Of a stretch of 64,000 bases of DNA, positions 56,272 to 64,000 are shown in pieces. The DNA comes from Bugula neritina. Its lineage: Eukaryota; Animalia; Bryozoa. Numbering within the stretch: position 1 is the stretch's first letter; each line of letters opens with the position of its first letter. Location: contig OZ037765.1 in NCBI GenBank assembly GCA_964035545.1, forward strand, positions 25,047,504-25,111,503. Direction: 5' to 3'. The position numbers and the translations under genes are program-made. The notes beneath the pieces are model-generated. The model made no database searches. It saw nothing but the letters and a program-made list of their open reading frames with translations, and was not told where the DNA came from.

Positions 56272-56668
56272 ATATTTTTAAATTTGCAGCTGTGAGCCTA
56301 GATTTCAATTTATGATCATGTAGGTGATTTTCTGTAGTAAATATATTGCAGTAAATTAATGCATTACATCTACTATCACCCTTGTCTGAAAAGTCATCAA
56401 TTTTTTCAAGTAGCATTGCTCTATCTTTAATCTATTTTGTACACAACTGATCGTGCTATTTCAACCTAACAATATGATTACTTGTGCTAGTTGTTGCTGA
56501 TTTACAAATCTATTCCAGATATTAAGTTCAGTTGAAATGTGAAGCTACAATATTTTACTTTATTTGTGCAAACTATTGAATTTTGTTGGTATTCAGTACA
56601 TTTACTTGCAATGTTTAATAAACTTACTGTTATATTTGCAGATCGTGTATTATAGCCACCTTGCTACA

Positions 56669-59006
56669 ATGCTGACATTCACTACTGGGATGCCAGTAGC
56701 CTGTTACTTTAAACAAAATTTTCATCGGATATTTTCTCAAGCATTGTCAACTTCTAGCACCCTGCATAAAGCCTATGAACAATGGCCTTATGAAAAAATA
56801 AGAAGGGTAGGTCGATCTCCAAATAAATGGCGAGGACAGGGCGGAAAGAAGTCACGAATTCCTTATGACAAACGATATCCTTTATCCGGTAAAGATATCA
56901 ATGAAAGTACTGAAGGGTTGAAACGAGGTGGAAATAAAGATCTTCTTAGTATGATTGGGGAAGCAAGTAAGGTTTCGATGTGCTACACTATCGTCAATGT
57001 ATAACACTAGTGTTTGTAACTTCGATGCAAGTTATTGGCTATTTTATATTTTTATTCATTCTTTTGTTGCAATTAAATTTGATTATTTTTTATATTGTTG
57101 ATTGGATTATGAAAAAAGCAAACTGTCTAAAAAACTGTTGATATGTCAATAGAGGTGTCACACATATTTCAGATAAAATATAAATAATTGGTGGTCTTTT
57201 CTCTCATGGAGTATTGAGGTAACTGCAGCTCTCTTTAGAGTTCATAGTGTTACCAAAAAAAATATTGGCATCAAATTTCTTTTAACCTACAAATGTTTTA
57301 AGCACATTAAGTTCAATGTTTTGTAGGTTTCCAAGTCATATCTGCTTAGAACTAACACACAATATCAGGGTTAATAGTATTTCAATTACAATAAATTATT
57401 TATGTTTGTTTTTGATAGAAACCAAACCAAATCCTGCTCTACTGACCTATTATGACTATGTGAAAGATCGAGAGATTAAAGAACTAATACCGGAAATGAT
57501 ACCCGAGTTTGTTGTACCTGATCTCACAGATTTTCAGGTAGAATTGATACTTTAAAATGAATTTATTAAGGATTTAATAATGAGCTGACTCGGAAGATAG
57601 CGCTTTTCTAGCAAATTCTCTCCTGTGTTAACTCATTTTCTCAGTGACAAATTCAGAAATCTATTTTAGCCCATATTTCATATTTAGTTTCAGTTCCTGT
57701 AATTGAGCACCATGATTTATGTAGAAATCATCCTAGACTCTAGTGGTGTGCTACTTTGATTTGTGTTCCTTGATGCATTATCTAGTTTACTTAAAATTGA
57801 AAAAATGTTTTAGTTGTGAGTTGTACCGATTATTGGGAAAATAATCAAACAGTTGGTGGTAGTTAAAGATTTTTAGCAAACTTTACATTTTCTGTGTACA
57901 GTAAATTGACAATGTACTGATAAAATGAAAAAAATTATCGAAGCCCAAGTTTATTGGAAAAGCTTTTATCTAGTACATTTTCGGACCATTTCTTCCATAA
58001 TGGAAACGCCAAATGGTTAGTCAAGTGGTCAATATCTCTGAACATCTTAACTCAGAACTTATCTATTATACTTGTAATTGTCTTGACAACTCATTAGTAG
58101 TTCACATTAGACAACTAATTAAAAAGTTGGAGTGTTTATTTAGAGGTGGTAATCCAGCCTTTTTAGTTTACAATATTGTATGGTATTAGACGTTGGCGAG
58201 TTTTAAAATTTGGCCTTCATAAAAACCTATACAGTTTTTTACAAAAAGTTATAATCACATCAAAAAAAATTAAGTGATCTAATATAAAAATTTAAAAATA
58301 GCTTTGTATTACATGGAAATGTTACAAAGAGTTGCTTTTTCTTAGCATTAGTACATATACTAATAATTATAATGGAGTAACCATTGGATTTTCTAGTTAA
58401 ACATTTTCAATGATTTAAAAAAATTCTGTTACTTTTTCATGTTAAAAAAATACAAGTCTGTAAATAGGATAATTTTTCAAACCTTTTATTTTATCTTTTG
58501 TGATTAAGAACAGTGTTTCAGTAAATGCTATGTTAAAGTTCCAAGGTTATGTTTCAGTTAGTGAGCATAATTGTTAAAAATAGATAAAATAATGTTTGTA
58601 TCTAGCTGTGCAATATAAACTAAGCTCATTCATTAGACTTAAGATTACTAAATGCAAAATAGATCATTGTAACAACTTGAAAAACTTATTTGTTATATCG
58701 TTATAGTTGTCAAAACATTTTACTTGACATATTAACCTATTATTTACTGTAAACAGATATTTTTACTTTGCTAATCCATGCTTGATAAAGCTGAATAAGT
58801 ATATTTTTATGACATATCATCCCAAAGTTTCCCAGATACACCTTTAGTAATCATGGCATATGTTTTATTTTGTGTTGCAGTTAAAGCCATATGTATCATA
58901 TAGAGTGGATGAAAGTGTACATACCGAACCTAAGCACACAGCCGATGAGCTGTTTCAAAGAATTTATCAGGATGATTTACTGAAAGCTCAAAAAAATGAG
59001 GGGTGA
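56669..59006 (+). CDS. MRPL41: Mitochondrial large-subunit ribosomal protein mL41, about 180 aa
   Basis: Exons 56669-56966, 57419-57537, 58881-59006. Signature [24 protein letters not shown]...TADELF. The N-terminus lacks acidic residues and resembles a mitochondrial presequence (..QALSTSSTLH). An acceptor at 56640-56641 implies an upstream non-coding exon. AATAAA follows near 59069 and 59095. Confidence 0.85.
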
Positions 59007-61298
59007 CACCACTATCTCCTTTCCTGGATATGTGTATAGACTCTAAATGTTATGAAATTTGTATTAAAAATAAATTTACAGAATTTGTATCAAAAATAAA
59101 AATATTTATTACAGTTATTTAAATAATTTTATTGCAAGTTTTGTAAGATACATAAGCATATAATATTGAAATAGCATAAACAAAAAGTGAATAAGAAATG
59201 TTCAACCACACCCGAACACAGCAAAATTGCTACTAGAAATGATTTTGAAAACAGTAATGCAACTTGAAGCAATCACAAGATTTTAGTATTAGTTACTTTG
59301 AAAGAAGATTTATATAATATTTCAAAACTTTATTTTAATTTTTTTTAAAGTGAACATGCTAATTGTAATATCTGCAGTGTTTCAATTGGGGCTTCATTCA
59401 ATTACCTGACAAACCTTTCTCCTTTATTAACTGCAATGAATAATTCTTTTATATATACGAAAGTTCAATAATTTGATAAGCGCAAATTCAATAGAACAAA
59501 AACTGCATAATATTTTAAAGAGGCATGCAGATTCCAAAGTAAGAAGAGTGGTTATAGGTTATATTCTATTGAATCTAACTGAACTGTTTTCCTTAATTTG
59601 ATAAACAAAATTTGCTATTATATAATTATATAGGTATTCATTAAATTATTTCATGCTGCAAGCTAAGAGCAAATTGTTCATCAGATAGTTACTTTATTAG
59701 AAATATTCTTCGCTTTCTTTTTTTCTAAAGTTACCTGTTTTACTCCTCAACATAACATGGTGCCATTTTTGCGTAAGGTAATATTATAATGAATACTTTT
59801 TTTAGAGTGCAGTATGCTTCAGTGTGATCATGCTATGTTTTAATGTCTAGTGGAAGCAGCCATAGTCTGAACTCTAGTGGGTAGAGTTGACTGCATGGCC
59901 TAACACATTTGCTAGTAAAAGAAACTTATCAGTATATTAATCTAATATCAGAAGGGAAATCCAGAGGTTATTTGGACTTCCAAATCAGTTGGCAGCGTGG
60001 TTTGAGACACAGTTCATATCTAATCTAGCAGTCTTCACCACAGGATTTTCACTGTATAAAAAGAGCTGTTTGTATTGATTATTCTGGGTTATTAAAGTAA
60101 AACCTTTTTTGCTTTATTTTGTTACTATTATAGCTGTTAAAATGTCGTTGACGAGAAATTCTTAAAGGTCATCCAAAGGGTGTTAGCTGCTAGTAAATAT
60201 ATTTTTAACACTTATGCAGTAGGAGATGTGCATGCAACCTAGCCATGACCCTGTGTAATCAGTTTGTTATGGGTTGATAACCCCACATTTTATTATGAAT
60301 ACTTAAATCCACATCAAGGTTTCAAGATTTCAATGAAAAGCTTTTGCTTGTATATTTGCCAAACAAATATATAACAGCGACAATTTATTAGTATGACATT
60401 TTGTGATAGATAAATCTTCTTGAAAAAAAAGCTGCCACTGAGGTAACTTGGAAATTATACAAAATTTTGATGATAAACAAAGTGCATACATACTATTATG
60501 AATAACATCCTCAATTAATTTTATTGTTGTGTACAGACTCAAAATATTTATAAAATATTATTAAGTAGTTGACAGCATAATTAATAGTAGCTGTTGGAAA
60601 GAAAGTCACAGCATATATGGCTGACATAATATACACAAGTTGACATTCTCGGCACATAAGCTAAGGGCCTATAACCTAAATAATTGCTTATATGCTAACT
60701 TTACTTTCTTTGAAATAGTGCAGTTATTTTAAATTTATTGTGCATGAAACTCTCATTGTTTTACTTATGCTCTGAAACCTAGAACTTTGTGGGTAACAGC
60801 TTTTTGACCTTTCTTAAATCTATCATTTAAATATAACTATCAAAATTCAATGGTATATTATAATGTGCAAATTTAATTTAGGTTCAAACTAAAATTTTGG
60901 TTCAAAGATTTTGCTATTTTACAAATTACTGTAGCCCCTTTTTAAACATGAACTCTAGCTTTACGAGATTTTACTATATTACATAGAAATTCAGTTTTTA
61001 CGCAGCAAGTATGATTTCAGCAATGGTCAAAATTTGGAGATTTCCTCTCTCACCAACTATAAGAAAGTTTATTTTTGAACAAGTATAACTTAGCTTTCTA
61101 TTTATAACCCTGGGTAATTTGTACTACCTGAATTTACAACGCTTTAAATATATTATATTATATGCGCTTTCTACGGTTCTGACGCTAGTAGCCTACTCCG
61201 GGCTGCGGTGTTTAATGCACTGAAAAATTATACTTGGCTATTCTTAAAACTACACGTGGGTTGGCACTAAGCCAAAAGAAGCTGATACAATTGTACAT

Positions 61299-61404
61299 TG
61301 ACGTCAATTTAAGTTTATCCAATAGCGTTCATCGGTTTTGCTATATATTTAACTCCTATTTTGTACACAGGAAAATGTGACGCAATGACGTCACCTTGAC
61401 GTCG
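61299..61404. promoter_or_regulatory. Cluster of cAMP response elements upstream of the SIK1/2-type gene
   Basis: TGACGTCA at 61299-61306 and 61386-61393, TGACGCAA at 61378-61385, TGACGTCG at 61397-61404. All lie 180-285 bp upstream of the ATG. Confidence 0.75.
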
Positions 61405-61481
61405 GTATGAAATAGGTCAAACATGAAGCATTCAAGATCGCAGTTGAATCAACACTGAGGCTTAAACTAGTGGTGTTATCG

Positions 61482-61574
61482 ATGGAACCTACTGGGTTGA
61501 AACATCTAACAGTATGGTCATCAGGGAGCTTGCTAATCGCGTACTTCAAGATTGAAACTAAGAAGCGTTTTTGA
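61482..61574 (+). other. Two overlapping uORFs in the SIK1/2 5' leader
   Basis: 61482-61574 (30 aa, ends 8 nt before the ATG at 61583) and 61514-61555 (MVIRELANRVLQD*, in frame with the CDS). Both lie downstream of the CRE cluster. Confidence 0.45.
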
Positions 61575-61582
61575 CAGACACA

Positions 61583-61786
61583 ATGGTCATAATGGCGAAC
61601 ATTAGTAACAGAAAAAATATTTTCAACACCATGACCAACACTACCAGTTCCAGTAACACCAACAGTAACAGTAATGGCAACACCAACAGCTCACTAAAAA
61701 TAGGATTTTATGATATTGGAGAAGTTATTGGTGAAGGGAACTTTGCTACTGTTAGACTTGCTAAACATAGATACACAAAAACCGAT
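61583..61786 (+). CDS. SIK2: First coding exon of a SIK1/SIK2-type salt-inducible kinase; 3'-partial, gene continues past the window
   Basis: Starts MVIMAN (cf. SIK1 MVIM, SIK2 MVMA). An Asn/Thr/Ser-rich linker leads to KIGFYDIGEVIGEGNFATVRLAKHRYTKTD. The donor GTGAGT at 61787 is at the same position as SIK3 intron 1, just before VAIK. No further exon was found before 64000. Confidence 0.75.
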
Positions 61787-63849
61787 GTGAGTTTAGTGTT
61801 TGCAATCATTATCATTATGATTATGAATTATGATTATCAAATTCGAAATTAATGTTTTTGAAGTTAAACTAAAATTTAAATTAATTTTAAAATAACAATG
61901 TGCCTATCCTAAGGGCAAGGCTAGACCTCTGCCTATCACTACGTTGGGTGTTGTGGTTCAGATTCGTATTGTCATTGAATTTGATGATTGTCACTTTTAC
62001 CACCGGCATCAGTATCACTATGAGTTTGACTATCACTATGCGATTGCTGTAATACTAATAATGAAAGTAAAGCTTACTCTTACTTTTAAACTTAAGCGTC
62101 ATACTTCATGTTGATAGTCATAGTCATACTCACTGATGTCCGATACTCACAGTGATTCATCAGTTATACTTATAATTATAGTTATACAAAGTCCAACATA
62201 AACATCATTATCCATCTTGAACTTGAATTTGAATCTATTTCGTTATTAGCTATGTAATTTGTTGTCTGTATGAATGCAGCTGTTTGTTTGCTGATATTGA
62301 TGTTAGTGCAAACGATATTTATTGTAGTCGTATGTATCACATTGATATTGTAGAAGTGCACACAAAATTACAATGAAAATAAGCAGTAAGTTTAGATGTA
62401 GATGGTAGTATACAAATAATGTAATTATATCATATGTACACAGCTTGTAACAGTAACAATACTAAGATAATATAACCACGAAGTAGAAATAAAAAATACT
62501 TACATTTACAAAACAACAAAATGGGTGAGAATATTTGCTGACAAGTAAGTGGGTTTAGACTTCAGAGTGAACACATCTATTTAATGTTGGTTGTCGTTTT
62601 TTAAGGTGAACTATAAGGCAGTTCAAGTATAAATAGGAAAAATGATGGTTTTATGTTTAAGCCATTGTATTGGTAGGGATTAGATAATAATTGTGTGGGT
62701 CTCTGTTAGAATGTGATCAATCTTTATTTTAGACTAGGTTTTGGTATATCAAGTTCAAGCATTACAATTACTATTAGTGATTAGACGGTGACTGGAATTT
62801 TATTAGTAGGCCTATAGCCCTAGACCTTAGTAGGAAATAAACTCAATGACATTGATACTTATACTGATGAGTCAGTATGATATGTGCTAATACCCGGAGT
62901 AGAACTCAATTTCAGAATACTATTGCTATTGAACTCCAAATATGCACAGATTTGTCATTTTGAGTCAGATGTATATTATTAATAATCACAATTATTTTAT
63001 GTTAACTCAGTTCTAAGAACAAATGTAAAATGAAAGGAATTTGAAAAGTTACTGACTATTTTACTAGTGACAACTAAAAGCAAGTTAATGGACTTTTTGT
63101 TAGCCTATAGATACTTGGAATTAGTGGATAAATGATGATTTATTAATATTTATTCTGTTGATAAATATTATGATAATTATACATTAACTTTACTCGTTCG
63201 TCAAACTATCAATATTAGTTACAAGTAGAATCTGAATTGAAGTTTTACTTTATATTAGCTTTAGTAACAAGAAGGGATTATTAAAGAACTAGAAGAGTAT
63301 TATTTAATCATTGAAGTTACATTATATTGACAAGTAGTTGAATAAAAATTTGTACCGCACCATTGTCTGATAAAAACTGATTGAAAGTCTTTGTTTGAGG
63401 TTGATACATGGGTAAAATTGAACTTAAGTTAGAATGAAAAATGTTTGCCAATTCTATCAATACATGATTATGGTTAAGTAATTGAATCAATATGTTATTT
63501 CCGCCACCCGGGCAGGACCACAGTGGTGAAAGGTGACCAAAGGTGACCAATTGAATCTGTTATTTATTCATACATCTATAATTTTGTATAATTTTGTCTA
63601 TATCATCATTGCCTTAAAATATTTTACTCCTGATATTTCTTAGTATAGTTAAAAGGTGGAGAGTAACCTATTCTGACTAACACAGTGTACAAGCTGTAAA
63701 AATATATTCTACTATTTAGGAGTACAAACTTGCTTGAATTATTGTAATAGATTGCACATTTATGTCAGCTCATGTTTGCTTAAGATCTTTCAATTGGAAT
63801 CAGAAACTACAACAAATGTTACGATATTCCTTATAGCTGTACAAACATG

Positions 63850-63892
63850 TTTACTTCAAATACCTGATGAAAAATCAGGTATTTGAAGTAAA
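63850..63892. repeat. Perfect 19-bp inverted repeat with a 5-nt loop
   Basis: tttacttcaaatacctgat-gaaaa-atcaggtatttgaagtaaa in SIK1/2 intron 1. Confidence 0.92.
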
Positions 63893-64000
63893 ACAAATGT
63901 AATGTTATTGAAACATCTCATCATTTTTAATTCTGATTTTACATTTGAATTAGATTTTGCTCTGCAATTTCGAATTTCAGTCATTCTAATATATTTTGTA

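Noticed and set aside
56153-56416. ORF with an IYIYIY repeat
   Set aside because: This is a translation of the (AT)n microsatellite.
59007-61250. Additional gene or antisense RNA between MRPL41 and SIK1/2
   Set aside because: Minus-strand AATAAA motifs occur near 59105-59135, but there are no supportable exons. Such motifs are common in AT-rich DNA.
63317-63550. 77-aa minus-strand ORF
   Set aside because: Intronic, non-ATG start, and no recognisable homology.

Overview
AT-rich, intron-containing genomic DNA from an invertebrate animal. A lophotrochozoan source is my guess; it cannot be fixed from sequence. I assembled seven spliced protein-coding genes by hand, checking splice sites and codon phase at every junction: (1) NCAM/Fasciclin-II-like adhesion molecule (+, 148-17521; 5 Ig, 2 FN3, TM and PDZ-motif tail; signal-peptide exon lies upstream of the window); (2) Tribbles pseudokinase (-, 17965-19451); (3) fatty-acid-binding protein (-, 22459-31023); (4) JHY-like ciliary protein (+, 32303-39454); (5) SIK3-type salt-inducible kinase (-, 40678-54753); (6) mitochondrial ribosomal protein mL41/MRPL41 (+, 56669-59006); (7) first exon of a SIK1/2-type kinase (+, from 61583, continuing beyond the window). 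I found no CRISPR array, RNA gene or intact transposon, and no wholly new gene system. The most interesting signals are regulatory and structural. Near-textbook cis-elements sit at the matching genes: a perfect ChoRE plus SREBP-type E-box at FABP, C/EBP and C/EBP-ATF sites at Tribbles, and a CRE cluster at SIK1/2. Short uORFs precede all three kinase-fold genes. NCAM Ig5 has lost both core cysteines, and a possible Ig5-FN3 disulfide pair is present. SIK3 lacks the family's Thr gatekeeper and carries a duplicated decoy splice acceptor. NCAM, JHY, SIK3 and SIK1/2 are tightly linked here, and their human orthologues lie on 11q23-24. All family assignments come from motif recognition, not database searches.
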